Assembly: GCA_033763455.1 (NCBI GenBank)
Contig: JANRKO010000028.1
Coordinates: 128,001 to 192,000, forward strand
Direction: 5' to 3'
Origin: Polyangiaceae bacterium
GTDB taxonomy: Bacteria > Myxococcota_A > Polyangia > Polyangiales > Polyangiaceae
DNA: 64,000 nt
A program made the translations under genes and the position numbers. This document shows, one piece after another, positions 46,354-56,854 of this stretch (positions are counted from its first letter, which is position 1; each line of letters starts with the position of its first letter). The notes beneath the pieces are model-generated. The model made no database searches, was not told the origin of the DNA, and saw nothing but the letters and a program-made list of their open reading frames with translations.

Positions 46354-46538
46354 TATTTCTATCGCACTTGGCGGAACAGAGTGCCGGATGGAATGTCCGG
46401 GGCAACTCCCCTAGCTGCTATCTCTCAGAGAGCGTTACTTACGTTCTTTATCAGGCGCGGCGCAATACACCGGGTGGAGCAGCTGCTCGTTTCTGATCGC
46501 ACATTGCCGTTTCGCGTAGCGACCGGCGGACGAATCGA

Positions 46539-47369
46539 TCAACCGAAGTGGTACGCCGAAAGGCGCGCTCCCCAGAAAAGCTCGCTGTACGCCACCGTGC
46601 CGATATCTTGCCCGGCCGCGCCTGCGATTACCATGAGAGGCAGGAGATGCTCTTCGCGCGGATGTGCAGCGCGCGCGGCGGGCGCTTTGGCCCAAGCTTT
46701 GAGCAGTTCATCGCGCTCGGCTGGAGAACGAACAGCTACATCGCTCAGCCACGCATCGAACGTCTCCGATGCAGGGCCTCCTTTAGATGCCATGTAATCT
46801 CGAAGGTTGTGAAAGCTGGAGCCGCTGCCAATGATGAATACGCCTTCATCGCGCAAGGGTGAAAGCGCGCGCCCAATGGCTAAATGTTCCGCGGGATCTA
46901 AGCCTGCCTTCAAGGAAAGCTGCGTGGTGGGGATATTCGGCTCGGGGTAGGCGAGCTTCAGCGGCACAAATGTTCCATGATCGAATCCGCGCGCGGCGTC
47001 CGCTTTGGATTGCATGCCAGCCTCGCCGAGCAACGCCTGCACACGCGCAGCCAGAGCCGGAGCACCCGGAGCCGGCCACTGAATTTCATAGGATGCCGGT
47101 GGAAACCCGTAATAATCGTAGAGCATGGGCGGATTCGGGTGCGTCATCACACTTGGCACGGGTTCTTCCCAATGTGCCGACACCACCAACAACCCTTTTG
47201 GCTTCATTGGCGGAACGGAACCTACGCTTTGCAGATAAGCGGTGAGCTCATCCATGCCACCGCGCGCGCGCATTCCCATTTCCACAAACGGCCAAGGACC
47301 TCCTCCGTGCGGAAGATAGATGACAGGCATACGCTCGGTTGGGGAGGGTGATGTGGGTGCGGTGGCCAT
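46539..47369 (-). CDS. DODA/YgiD-type class III extradiol dioxygenase (LigB family)
   Basis: YLPHGGGP, VVSAHWE, YDYYGFP, RGFDHG.FVPL, GSGSSFHN, AHPREEHLLPL. Confidence 0.92.
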   Translation of the reverse strand: MATAPTSPSPTERMPVIYLPHGGGPWPFVEMGMRARGGMDELTAYLQSVGSVPPMKPKGLLVVSAHWEEPVPSVMTHPNPPMLYDYYGFPPASYEIQWPAPGAPALAARVQALLGEAGMQSKADAARGFDHGTFVPLKLAYPEPNIPTTQLSLKAGLDPAEHLAIGRALSPLRDEGVFIIGSGSSFHNLRDYMASKGGPASETFDAWLSDVAVRSPAERDELLKAWAKAPAARAAHPREEHLLPLMVIAGAAGQDIGTVAYSELFWGARLSAYHFG

Positions 47370-47609
47370 TCTGGGGTCCGTGGTTTTCCGGGCGTGGTTC
47401 AACAGGGAGAGCTAGTCGGTCCGACGTGAATACCTATCTACCCCAGAGTGCCAGGTCTGGCTCGTCGTTTTGCAGACGCACCCGCACATCGAGCGAAATG
47501 TCCTTGTCGCTCACGGCAAGGCGCCCCGGCTGGCCGTGCCGCACCTCCACGCCTTCGATAGGGACTGGCGGGTTGAGGACCTCGTTGGGTAGCGAAATGA
47601 TTAACTCGC

Positions 47610-48470
47610 TCAGTGTCCTGGCTTGGCGATAAATTCGCGAATTTCCGCAAGCGCAGCCTCGCTTTTGAGCAGTGCGGTGTGCCCTACGCCTTGTAACTCT
47701 ACGTAGCGCGCGCGCTTGCCCAGCTTTGCTGCAATGGCCCGACCTTGGGCGGGGCCGTTCAGCGCTTCATCCGCGCTGCCCTGGAGCACCAACACAGGTT
47801 TCTGAATGTCTATGAGGAGTGGGCGAGTTTGGTAGTCGTCCCCTGAATCCAATCGTTGCCAAAGGGAGGGGCGCACCATCACGATGTCGTCCACGCTGGC
47901 CAGCAATGTAAGCGACGCTACCTTGGTGCCGCGGCGAGCGGTCGCACCCACGGCGTGTACGGCGAAGTGCCCGCCAATCGAAAAACCAAGTACGTTAAGT
48001 TGTGAGGGTGCAATGCGTTCCGATTTCAACAAGCTTTCCAAAATCCGCGGTGCATCTTGCGCCAGTGCCGCCAGCTCAGAAGTGCCCTCGGAAGAATCAA
48101 AGCCCCGATAGGCGAAGGTGGCCAGACCGAAATCACGCGCGCCAGCCAGGCGTGTGAGAAAAGCCTGGCCACGTTTGAGCTGGGCTTCATCGTTGCCAGG
48201 ATAAAATAGCAACCACGGGGCCACCGCGGATTGGGGTACGCGGATGAGGCCACGTAGGCTCACGCCTTGAGCCACGGTGATTGCGGCCTTTTTCCAGCCC
48301 GGCTGGCTCGCCAAGCTCTGGTAGCTCACCTCGCTCATGGGCGTTCCAAGGTAGGGGAAGCGCAGCCGTGTGCGGCCGGAAAATCGCGAATACGTTCCAA
48401 GCGCCATGGCAACCGCTACCAGTCCCAGAAGTACTAAAGCTACCCGTTTACGCGTCATCAATGCCACCAC
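47610..48470 (-). CDS. alpha/beta hydrolase with N-terminal anchor
   Basis: LLFYPGN, FAYRGFDSSEG, GFSIG nucleophile, LQGSADE, GVGH. Confidence 0.85.
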   Translation of the reverse strand: MVALMTRKRVALVLLGLVAVAMALGTYSRFSGRTRLRFPYLGTPMSEVSYQSLASQPGWKKAAITVAQGVSLRGLIRVPQSAVAPWLLFYPGNDEAQLKRGQAFLTRLAGARDFGLATFAYRGFDSSEGTSELAALAQDAPRILESLLKSERIAPSQLNVLGFSIGGHFAVHAVGATARRGTKVASLTLLASVDDIVMVRPSLWQRLDSGDDYQTRPLLIDIQKPVLVLQGSADEALNGPAQGRAIAAKLGKRARYVELQGVGHTALLKSEAALAEIREFIAKPGH

Positions 48471-48773
48471 CGGCTAACACTTCAAGTTGAACGGCCGGGG
48501 AGCCTCCGATGGTTACCGGATTGCGAACCACCGAGCCTGCTCGCCGCTCTTTGGAATCCAGCTCGTGAGTGCTCGTGAGGATCATCAGCTAGATTTCTCA
48601 TGACGCATCTTCTTGAAGCGATGGCCAAATTGATCGTCCTCCGACAATTCAACCCAGGGTGGTATTTGGTAATTGGCTCGGCGCCCTCGGCAAAATGCGT
48701 TCATGCGCAGCTTGAAAGCAGGCAGAGGCTCGGGCGTGTGCAGGCTGAAATGAGCTCCGACCATTTGCTCCCA

Positions 48774-48923
48774 TCAGACGACGCCGAGTGAATCGAGCAC
48801 GGCGTCTTTGCCGACCCACACGGTGTCTGCGTTGAGGGCTTCGGGTAAAGGGAGATCGCTCTGCGCAAATACCTCGCGGACGCTTGCTATCACGATTGCT
48901 AGTGCGGTGTTTTGATCTAACAT
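48774..48923 (-). pseudogene. truncated acyl carrier protein
   Basis: MLDQNTALAIVIASVREVF...DTVWVGKDAVLDSLGVV* stops just after the LDSL phosphopantetheine motif. Confidence 0.65.
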
Positions 48924-49243
48924 AGGAGCTCTTTTTTGTTTGCTACAGGCTAGCGCCAACGCACCAGTGAAACACTGCGATTGCCGGAAAGCCAGGCCCA
49001 ATCACCGATCTCGATGGGCTTTGAACCAAGTGGCCGCGCGGCGTCAATTCAGGGAGCCGGTATGCCGCCCCCTGCGTGTTTTCGCCATTTCTGGAGGCAG
49101 GCGCAGAGTTGGGGCCCGGAGTCGGGGAACGAGCAGCCTCCCGGGGACCAGCCCGCAGGGCCTAAGTGCTTTCGACAGTTGAGCTCGGCTCGGCGCAAGC
49201 TACTGTTTGCCGCTATCCCCTCGCAAGTGAAGGAATTTTGCCG

Positions 49244-50146
49244 ATGCAAGTTGAAATAGTCGCCCAGGCGAATTGCCTCCTTGCGGAGAATCCGCTCTGG
49301 AACGTAAGCGAACAGGCCCTCTATTGGACCGATATCCCCGGCCGAAGGCTCTATCGGTACTTTCCCGACACCCGCCGATATGAGTGTTTCTATGAAGGGG
49401 AGGTAGTAGGCGGATTCACGTTTCAAGAAGATAACTCGCTGTTGCTGTTTGGGGCTAACAGCATCGCTCGGCTATCTTCTGAGGGTGTTCGTACGGTTCT
49501 TCGCGAAGGCATTGATACTGCCATGAAGCGCTTCAACGATGTGATTGCCGATCCATTCGGGAGAGTATTTGCTGGAAGCATCGGAGCCACCAAGGAGAGT
49601 GGAGGGCTCTATCGTGTCGATCCCGACGGGGCCATAAGCTTGTTGTTCCAAGGAACCGGCTGCAGCAACGGCTTGGCTTTCTCCCCGGATCTTCAATACC
49701 TGTATTGGACGTGCACCACCACAAGCACTCTCTTCCGGTTCAAATACAACTTGGAAAACGGCGAGCTCTCCGAGCGCACTACCTTCTACGTGGCGCCAGG
49801 ATCAGAAGGCAACCCCGATGGAATGACCATCGATACCGAAGGGAACCTCTGGACCTGCCGCTATGCAGGAAGCACTGTGCTGAAGCTGAATAGCTCAGGA
49901 AAATTGGTAGATCGCGTGGAGTTGCCTGTTCGCGACATCACCTCCGCCGTATTTGGCGGTCCAAACCTCGACGAACTCTACGTTACAACCGCTGGTGGCA
50001 AGCCTGACGTGGTTGGTTTGGAAGGCGGGATCTTTAAGGTTTCGGGCTTGGGGCGGGGCCTTCCGGAGTTTCGTTCAAAGTATCTCCTCGGAACAGCATC
50101 AAGCGCCCCTGAAAACGCTATGGGCGCGGCCTCACAGCAGAGCTAG
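49244..50146 (+). CDS. SMP-30/gluconolactonase (regucalcin) family protein
   Basis: LAENPLW, LYWTDI, RFND..ADP.GR, SNGLAFSPD, PDGMTIDTEGNLW, FGGPNLDELYVTTA. Confidence 0.93.
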   Translation: MQVEIVAQANCLLAENPLWNVSEQALYWTDIPGRRLYRYFPDTRRYECFYEGEVVGGFTFQEDNSLLLFGANSIARLSSEGVRTVLREGIDTAMKRFNDVIADPFGRVFAGSIGATKESGGLYRVDPDGAISLLFQGTGCSNGLAFSPDLQYLYWTCTTTSTLFRFKYNLENGELSERTTFYVAPGSEGNPDGMTIDTEGNLWTCRYAGSTVLKLNSSGKLVDRVELPVRDITSAVFGGPNLDELYVTTAGGKPDVVGLEGGIFKVSGLGRGLPEFRSKYLLGTASSAPENAMGAASQQS

Positions 50147-50223
50147 ATCCGAGGCTTCACGTTGTCGAATCGCGGTGGTGGCTGCCCCAGCCGCTTCTCG
50201 CTTTGGCACACCCGAGGAGTCAA

Positions 50224-51150
50224 ATGTCCGTGAGAAGTTCTCGATCAGAATGGGTTCGAGTGAGCATCGTCTTAGCTCTGGGCTGCAGCAGCCCGACGCC
50301 GGATAACGGTGCGATGAGCGCTGGGCAACAGCCCAGAGGGGGCGGTTCTGGCGTGAACAACGCCACAACTGGCGGAAAAGGCGCGATTCAGAGTGGAGGA
50401 AGTTCCGCAGCGATTACGGGTGGCCGTTCGGGCAGCGGAGGTATTTCAAGTGTGGGGGTTGGTGGGGCCGCAAATTCGGCAATAGGGGGCAGTGGAGGCA
50501 CGGCAATTGTCGACGTGAGTGGGGGCGCTCCCTCCACGTCGGGAGGAACGAGTGCGAGCGGAGGTACGTCGAATTCGGGCGCAGGCGGTAGCTCCCCGGG
50601 AGTGGGTGCAGCGTTGGACGGTCAGCGCTGGGAGTCAAACTGCGGCGCAGTGGCCGAAGGTGACGATAGCCTGTGTTTCAACTATCCTCCGAATACGTCG
50701 AGCTGCCCAGAAGGTGGGTACGTAATGCTCGATAAGCAGGTGGCTTTTGGCGGCACTCCAGGAATTACGTACGACGTGACGCTGCGCTTCCGCGGCGTGG
50801 TAGAGCCGAAGATCTACACGGGCGGCACCTCAGATGGGATGCACTTCTCTATTGGCGGGCTTGCAAGCGATTCTAACTACAACGTCTACAGCCTCGAAGT
50901 CTCCTCGCCACACCAGGTTTACTTTGTGAATTCGGACACCGACGAGGGGCACTATGTGTTCGCCATCGACACTACCCGCACCATTAAGATCGAGGGTGGT
51001 GCCACGCTCAAGCTGTACGGCCTGGATAACAACTGCATTTCTATCGCCAATGTTGACGGAGTGGTAGCGCCCGCCGGCGTCGCGCCGGCGCCAACGCCCA
51101 AAGGCCAGTTTGTCGAGGTAAATGTAGTCTCGCTAACGCCCGCCAATTAG
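50224..51150 (+). CDS. lipoprotein with Gly/Ser linker and unknown beta-rich domain
   Basis: GAGGAG SD, LALGC lipobox, YDVTLRFRGVVEPK. Confidence 0.8.
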   Translation: MSVRSSRSEWVRVSIVLALGCSSPTPDNGAMSAGQQPRGGGSGVNNATTGGKGAIQSGGSSAAITGGRSGSGGISSVGVGGAANSAIGGSGGTAIVDVSGGAPSTSGGTSASGGTSNSGAGGSSPGVGAALDGQRWESNCGAVAEGDDSLCFNYPPNTSSCPEGGYVMLDKQVAFGGTPGITYDVTLRFRGVVEPKIYTGGTSDGMHFSIGGLASDSNYNVYSLEVSSPHQVYFVNSDTDEGHYVFAIDTTRTIKIEGGATLKLYGLDNNCISIANVDGVVAPAGVAPAPTPKGQFVEVNVVSLTPAN

Positions 51151-51275
51151 CCCGCGAGCCGCACAGGAATCGAAGCCAGGCGATTCCGACCTAATTTCGC
51201 CACTTCTTGTCGTGAAACATGGCTGACATGCCCATCGCGTTGACCTGAATCAGAAGCTCTGGTCTACCGAGCCCC

Positions 51276-51971
51276 GTGAGCCAAATACACTTCATAGGTG
51301 GCGAAAAGGGCGGAGTTGGCAAAAGCGTGGTTGCGCGGTTGTTGGCCCAATATTGGATTGATCGCGGTCGTCCATTTGCTGGTATAGACGCGGATCTTTC
51401 TCACGGCGCACTGCTGCGCCATTACGGCGACTTCAGTCAAGCCGTGGATCTTACCTCTCCAGACAGCGCCGATCAGATTTTGGATCGTGCTTTGGGCGGC
51501 GAACGCCGCGTGTTGGTGGATCTTCCGGCGCAGAGCGCCCGCGCCCTGAAGGAGTGGATCTTCGGAGCTAACGTGCTCGGCTTAGCACACGAGCTCGGAG
51601 CGACAGTTACCTTCTGGCACGTAACCGACGGAGGCTATGCTTCGGTGGGCGAAGTGGAACGGGCGCTTGAGCTCTACGGCGATCAGGCGCACCACATTGT
51701 GGTGAAGAACCACGCGCGCTCCAAGAATTTCAGCCAGTGGGAGGCATCTGCCGGACGCCGCAAGCTCGACGCACTTTCCGGAAAGGTGATGGATTTCCCG
51801 GAGCTCGAGTCCACCGCCATGTTCAAGATCGATAGCGCTGGGTTGAGCTTCTGGGCAGGCGCACACATGAGCGATGGCGAAGGAGCTTTGAAGCCGCTTG
51901 AGCGTCAACGCGTTAATCTGTGGATTAATAGCTGTTATGCACAGCTCGATGCACAGCTTGATGCCGTGTGA
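51276..51971 (+). CDS. ParA/MinD-like P-loop NTPase (often labelled mobilization protein)
   Basis: Deviant Walker A GGEKGGVGKS, IDAD, VLVDLPAQ. Confidence 0.85.
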   Translation: MSQIHFIGGEKGGVGKSVVARLLAQYWIDRGRPFAGIDADLSHGALLRHYGDFSQAVDLTSPDSADQILDRALGGERRVLVDLPAQSARALKEWIFGANVLGLAHELGATVTFWHVTDGGYASVGEVERALELYGDQAHHIVVKNHARSKNFSQWEASAGRRKLDALSGKVMDFPELESTAMFKIDSAGLSFWAGAHMSDGEGALKPLERQRVNLWINSCYAQLDAQLDAV

Positions 51972-52077
51972 GCGTCGACGCGGCGTGAGAGCATCTGCGG
52001 CTTAAGACAGCTGCAGCGCTCGGGGGGGCGTGTCCCTGAAGCATGCCGCGTCGGGGGCGGTAGCCCTCGTTCTTCGT

Positions 52078-52114
52078 ATTCATCAAATGAAATTCATACT
52101 TTCATTTAGTGAAT
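52078..52114. promoter_or_regulatory. AT-rich inverted repeat upstream of the AAA/DUF4143 gene
   Basis: ATTCATCAAATGAAA-N7-TTTCATTTAGTGAAT (13/15 arms). Confidence 0.7.
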
Positions 52115-52127
52115 GTAGCCGTATCCT

Positions 52128-53315
52128 TTGGATGTGATTGAGAGAAATGCCGCTCCTGCCCTGCGGAGGTTGGCCACCCAGTACCCAGTTCTAACGGTTA
52201 CCGGCCCAAGGCAGTCGGGCAAGACCACGCTTTGCCGTGCGCTGTTCCCGAACCACCCGTACGTCAATTTGGAGCCTATCGACACCCGTGACGAGGTGCG
52301 GAGAGATCCGCGTGGGTTCTTGGCGGCTCACGCCAAGGGTGCCGTGGTGGATGAGGTTCAGCACGTCCCCGAATTGTTATCCTACCTTCAAGCGGAGGTA
52401 GATGTGGACCCTACACGGGGGCGTTTCATCCTTACAGGCTCTCAGCACTTTGGGTTGAGCGAGCAGGTGGCCCAGTCTTTGGCGGGGCGGACGGCAGTTT
52501 TTCAATTACTTCCGCTTAGCTTGGACGAGATCCGTCGCTTTGACGGCGCCTCTCTCGATCTCATGACAACGTTGTGGACGGGTGCCTATCCTCGGATCTT
52601 CGATCGGGGTATCGAACCGTCGCGTTGGTATGCGGATTACACCACCACTTATATCCAGAGAAACGTTCGGCAATTGCTCAATGTCTCCAACCTGGAGGCG
52701 TTTACCACCTTCCTTAGGCTCTGCGCGGGGCGGTCATCGCAGGAGCTCGTGCTGAGCTCACTGGGTGCTGACGCGGGCGTGTCTCAGCCAACGGCGCGCG
52801 CTTGGCTCTCTGTGCTGGAAACAAGCTTCCTCTGCCACAGAGTATCGCCGTGGCACCGGAATTTCAGGAAGCAAACGGTGAAGGCCCCCAAGCTACACTT
52901 TTTGGATACTGGCCTAGTGTGTTTCCTTCTCGGCATTGGCTCGCCCGATCAACTGCGTTCGCATCCCCTCCGCGGCGCCATTTTCGAGACCTGGGTAGCT
53001 TCCGAGATTTACAAAGCGAGAGCGAATGCCGGTCAAACCGTGCGCCTCGCTCACTACCGACAGGCACGAGGCCCTGAAGTGGATCTTTTGGTCGAGGCGT
53101 CGCGGGCTCTGTTCTTGGTGGAAGCGAAAAGTGGAGCCACCGTCGCTGCCGACTTCTTTGCCGGGTTGGATGGCTTGGCTGCGCTCATCGCCAGAGCCGA
53201 GCCGCATCGAACCACCGAACGCGTACTTGTCTACGGCGGCGACGAACCCCGAAAGCACCAGCAAGTTTCGGTTGTACCTTGGAGCAGGCTCCCTGATGTG
53301 CGCTGGTGCGACTGA
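52128..53315 (+). CDS. AAA_14 ATPase with DUF4143 and C-terminal PD-(D/E)xK-like domain
   Basis: TGPRQSGKTT, VVDEVQ, FILTGS, SLAGR, KAPKLHFLDTGL, GAIFET, EVDLLV..LVEAK. Confidence 0.92.
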   Translation: MDVIERNAAPALRRLATQYPVLTVTGPRQSGKTTLCRALFPNHPYVNLEPIDTRDEVRRDPRGFLAAHAKGAVVDEVQHVPELLSYLQAEVDVDPTRGRFILTGSQHFGLSEQVAQSLAGRTAVFQLLPLSLDEIRRFDGASLDLMTTLWTGAYPRIFDRGIEPSRWYADYTTTYIQRNVRQLLNVSNLEAFTTFLRLCAGRSSQELVLSSLGADAGVSQPTARAWLSVLETSFLCHRVSPWHRNFRKQTVKAPKLHFLDTGLVCFLLGIGSPDQLRSHPLRGAIFETWVASEIYKARANAGQTVRLAHYRQARGPEVDLLVEASRALFLVEAKSGATVAADFFAGLDGLAALIARAEPHRTTERVLVYGGDEPRKHQQVSVVPWSRLPDVRWCD

Positions 53316-53357
53316 TCGATGCAGGGATCACCACACCGAGCCTGAGCCGGCTGCCCT

Positions 53358-54755
53358 TCAGCCGTAAAGCCCACCCAGAGGCCCTTTGTTCCAGAAAGGG
53401 TCCCCGTGCACGGGCTTGTTGTAGCCAAAGCGTTTGAAGGTTTCGACCCAGAGATCTGCGTGGGTGCGCCCCGTGTATTGCAGATAACTACCGGTGTTGA
53501 GCCCGAGGGTTTTTCCACCGAAAAGTAAGATCGGGTTGTCTTCAATGGAGTGGGCGCTCCCTACGCAGCACTCATTGAAGTAAACCACGAGGGTATTGTC
53601 GAGCATGCTCCCATTGCCTTCGGGAGTGTTCTTGAGATCGAGGAGTAGTTTAGCAGTAGTTTGATTGTAGAATAGCTCAAAGGCCTCATGGGTGGCTATT
53701 GCGCCATCATCGTGAGATGCTTCATGGTGGCCACTCAAGCCAGCGCCGCCCACCGCGCTGGCGATGATGTCACTGTTCCCATAAGAGTACGTTAGAGTAA
53801 CGACGCGGGTGAGGTCACACTTGAAAGCGGATTGAATGATGTCCGTCTGTTCCACTGCTGCCAATGCGTGGCGAGCATCATCGTTGTCGTTTTCGGTGGT
53901 ACTGGCAGGGAGCGCGCCCAAGATCGGCTTTGAGCAGCCGACGCTCGGCCCGGAAGTAACCTGCGCTTCGAGTGCACGAATGGCCGTCAGATGGGAGTCC
54001 AGCTTGGGCAGTTGAGAGCTTGGAACCTTCGCACGGATCGCCGTAAGATCCCTGATGACGAAATCGAGAATGCTCTTATTCTTCGCGCGTACGCGATCGA
54101 TGGCACCCTGATCCCCCCCGAGCACTAAGTTGGCGAAGATGTTGTTAAAGGCCGTTTCTGGCCGACTTTCTGGCCATAGGGCTTGATTGAAGCCGGCGTA
54201 GGAGATCACTCTCAAGCACTCGGGCCCGGCACCTTTCATGGAGTGCAGCGAGGCGCCGAGTTGGAGCGACGCTATGGAGGTTCCCTGGAGGGAAGTGACG
54301 TTCTTCAGGAGTTCTTGGTCCACCGAGGCCGCAGTTCCAGTGAAGGCCTTGCCGTTGTCGTCTTGTACCTCTTCCGGGGGACTGCCGGGAATGTACTTCC
54401 AGCCGTCCGTTGGTGAAGGCGAAGGGCACATAATGGCAACCATGCCAGCCCCGTGTTTATCGCCCAGCCAATTGTCTGACCTCGGAATATCAATCCCTTT
54501 GAGCACAACCATGTCGTTGCGCAGTGCTTCGAAAGGCTTCAAAAGCTCAGTCATGCCCCAATCCTTCACGCCGCCCGCAGTGGGGAACCACTTTTCGGGG
54601 CGGGTGCCACAGGGGCGATGAATGATGAGCAAACGTTGCGGCCCCACACTTTGTGCCTCTGCACGCAAGAGGGGCGCAACCAGTGCTGCGAGGCCGCTGC
54701 CGCCTACGCCAGAGAGAAACGCGCGTCGCAGGAAGCGAGAGTTGGAGGTGGTCAT
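53358..54755 (-). CDS. DUF1552-family protein with Tat signal
   Basis: FLRRAFLSG, SVDQ, KSILDFV...KLDSHL.AIR.LE, AFKCDLTRV, SMLDNTLV. Confidence 0.9.
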   Translation of the reverse strand: MTTSNSRFLRRAFLSGVGGSGLAALVAPLLRAEAQSVGPQRLLIIHRPCGTRPEKWFPTAGGVKDWGMTELLKPFEALRNDMVVLKGIDIPRSDNWLGDKHGAGMVAIMCPSPSPTDGWKYIPGSPPEEVQDDNGKAFTGTAASVDQELLKNVTSLQGTSIASLQLGASLHSMKGAGPECLRVISYAGFNQALWPESRPETAFNNIFANLVLGGDQGAIDRVRAKNKSILDFVIRDLTAIRAKVPSSQLPKLDSHLTAIRALEAQVTSGPSVGCSKPILGALPASTTENDNDDARHALAAVEQTDIIQSAFKCDLTRVVTLTYSYGNSDIIASAVGGAGLSGHHEASHDDGAIATHEAFELFYNQTTAKLLLDLKNTPEGNGSMLDNTLVVYFNECCVGSAHSIEDNPILLFGGKTLGLNTGSYLQYTGRTHADLWVETFKRFGYNKPVHGDPFWNKGPLGGLYG

Positions 54756-54772
54756 ACTGAAAAGGACCTTTC

Positions 54773-56569
54773 TTATTTGAGCGCTGGGTCTCGCACCATG
54801 AAGCCGGGCGCCGTGAGGAGGGCCCGAAAAAAGTCAGCAAAAGAGCCACTGGTCGCGAACTTGCTGCGAGCATCGGCAAGATCGCAGGACTCAACAGCGG
54901 AGGTGAATCCAAGTGAATACTTGGCGAGTGTTTGCGTTGCACAATTGGCGGTTGCGGGGCGATTTGCCAAGCGCTGCGCTAAGTCCACGACACCCGTGAT
55001 CGGCCCATCGAGATCGGCACCGAGGCCAGCCAAAGTGGCGCTCGAATCGATCGCCATTCCGTTCGCATCCTGAGGTTTGAAGCGGCCGATGGGGTCGAAC
55101 TGCTCAAAGGCCAATCCCAGCGGATCAAATAAGCTGTGACAACCCGCACAAGTGGGCAAAGCCGCTCGCTTGGCGGCGAGCTCACGCGCAGTGCCCGTCA
55201 TGGTCTTACTCACGTCGAGTGCTCCCGCAGGTGGAGCGGGAACTGTGCCGCCGCACACGAAAGAGTTGTAAACAAACAGCCCGCGGTGGATCGGATCCCC
55301 GCTATCCTTGTGTTGGTTTGAGGCAGCCAAGACGCCCGGCTGGGTCAAGAGCCCCGCTGCGGGCTGCGACGCGGCGATATCCACAGCCACGAGCTCACTG
55401 CCGGCTACGGCGGGTAACCCGTAAACAGAGGCGAGCTCGTTGTTCGCGTAGACTTTGCGCGAACTAAAGAGATCGGAGAATTTTCCGCTCCAAACGGTGT
55501 CGCGCAGGAATGCGGAGGCGCCCGCGTAGAGGCTTTCTTTGAGCGAAGGAGTGTACTCTGGGAAAAGACCCAGATCTTTTGCGCTCGAGCGAATGCGTTC
55601 AACACCTGCCCAATACCTCACGAGTTCGGACACGTTGTCTCGAACCCGCTGAACTGCCAGCAGACGATCCACTTCTGCGGTGAGCACTGCCGGTTGGAGT
55701 AGTGTGCCGGAATTGGCCGCTGCCCAGAGCGCGTCGTCAGGTGCGGAATCCAGCAACAAGAAGGATATGGCTGAGGCCACTTCGTTGGCGGTGAGGGCTA
55801 CAGGTGCTGTCGCCGCTGAGGCATCCACGCCAATTTCAGTTCGATACAGAAAAGAGCCAGATTGCAGCGCGGCTTGGATAACCATGCTGAGCGCTTCATC
55901 GCCACCTTCTGTAGCTGAGAAGTCGTTGTAGATTTTCATTAGTCCGGCGGTTTCGGCGGCCGCAAGTGGTCTCCGCCAAGCGCGGGCGATCTTGTCATGG
56001 ATGAACTGCTCCACGCACGCGGCCGCAACAGCGGAGCCGCAAGGCTTCACTTGTTGTGCGATCTTCTGCGCTGCGCGCTGATATCCTTGGGCGGCCGTAA
56101 CATCCACCTGAAAGGCTTCGGAAAAATTGGTGTAGTTGCCGCTTACACCGTTGGCCGTCGTGATCTGTGCGTCCCCGCCCGTGAGCGTTACGCCAAAGAC
56201 ATCACTGCTCACCTTGACGACCTGTTCGTCGCTCAGCAACCAAACGCGCGCTGGAGCAAGTGGTGCGCCTGGTGCACAAGGCGTGCCGTTCGGGCCGGGA
56301 ATTAGTGGTGCATCGCCGCCCCCGGTGCCTGCTCCCGTTCCGCCACCGACACCAGGCATGCCTGTTCCCGGCACAGATCCATCACCACCGGTTCCGGCTG
56401 CAACGGGCATACCATCCGGGCCAATCGCAGGACTAACGCCGCTGCTCCGCGGTACGTTGGCGCTGCATGCCAACGCAAGGAGCGCCAGGCCCGGAACCAC
56501 ACCTAGCAGTAGACGCGAAGACCCTTCAGATATCGAGCGTCGCTCGACTTCAGGGCACGATGTTGACAT
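54773..56569 (-). CDS. DUF1592/1588-family (PSD-type) lipoprotein with CxxCH
   Basis: LALAC lipobox, ALQSGSFLYRTE, GLLTQPG, DPIHRG, CAGCH, FDPIGRF; ATG 56569 with GAAAGG. Confidence 0.88.
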   Translation of the reverse strand: MSTSCPEVERRSISEGSSRLLLGVVPGLALLALACSANVPRSSGVSPAIGPDGMPVAAGTGGDGSVPGTGMPGVGGGTGAGTGGGDAPLIPGPNGTPCAPGAPLAPARVWLLSDEQVVKVSSDVFGVTLTGGDAQITTANGVSGNYTNFSEAFQVDVTAAQGYQRAAQKIAQQVKPCGSAVAAACVEQFIHDKIARAWRRPLAAAETAGLMKIYNDFSATEGGDEALSMVIQAALQSGSFLYRTEIGVDASAATAPVALTANEVASAISFLLLDSAPDDALWAAANSGTLLQPAVLTAEVDRLLAVQRVRDNVSELVRYWAGVERIRSSAKDLGLFPEYTPSLKESLYAGASAFLRDTVWSGKFSDLFSSRKVYANNELASVYGLPAVAGSELVAVDIAASQPAAGLLTQPGVLAASNQHKDSGDPIHRGLFVYNSFVCGGTVPAPPAGALDVSKTMTGTARELAAKRAALPTCAGCHSLFDPLGLAFEQFDPIGRFKPQDANGMAIDSSATLAGLGADLDGPITGVVDLAQRLANRPATANCATQTLAKYSLGFTSAVESCDLADARSKFATSGSFADFFRALLTAPGFMVRDPALK

Positions 56570-56854
56570 ATCACACCTTTCAGAATGCACAGAACCACGC
56601 CACGCACGGCGAACCGCGGGCATAAATGCCAAGAGCCTGCTCGCCATCAGTGGTGGGCTGAAGACTCAGGTAAGGTAACAAGTCGATATATCTGTCGCCA
56701 TAGCGTTCTCCGGGGTGCGTTGTGTCGAAGCCTGGCGGGAAATGATCCTGAGAGTCCTTGTTTTTGGCTTGGTTCGCGTATGCCCGCCTTTTCGCCTAAC
56801 ACCTGGAAGTACCAGCGGAGACGCGGCTTCTGCGCGGTGCTAGCCTAGCTCTGC

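Noticed and set aside
49110..49165. SRP RNA-like segment (GGAA...GCAGCC)
   Set aside because: Lacks the conserved CAGG/AGCA internal loop spacing and the long flanking helix
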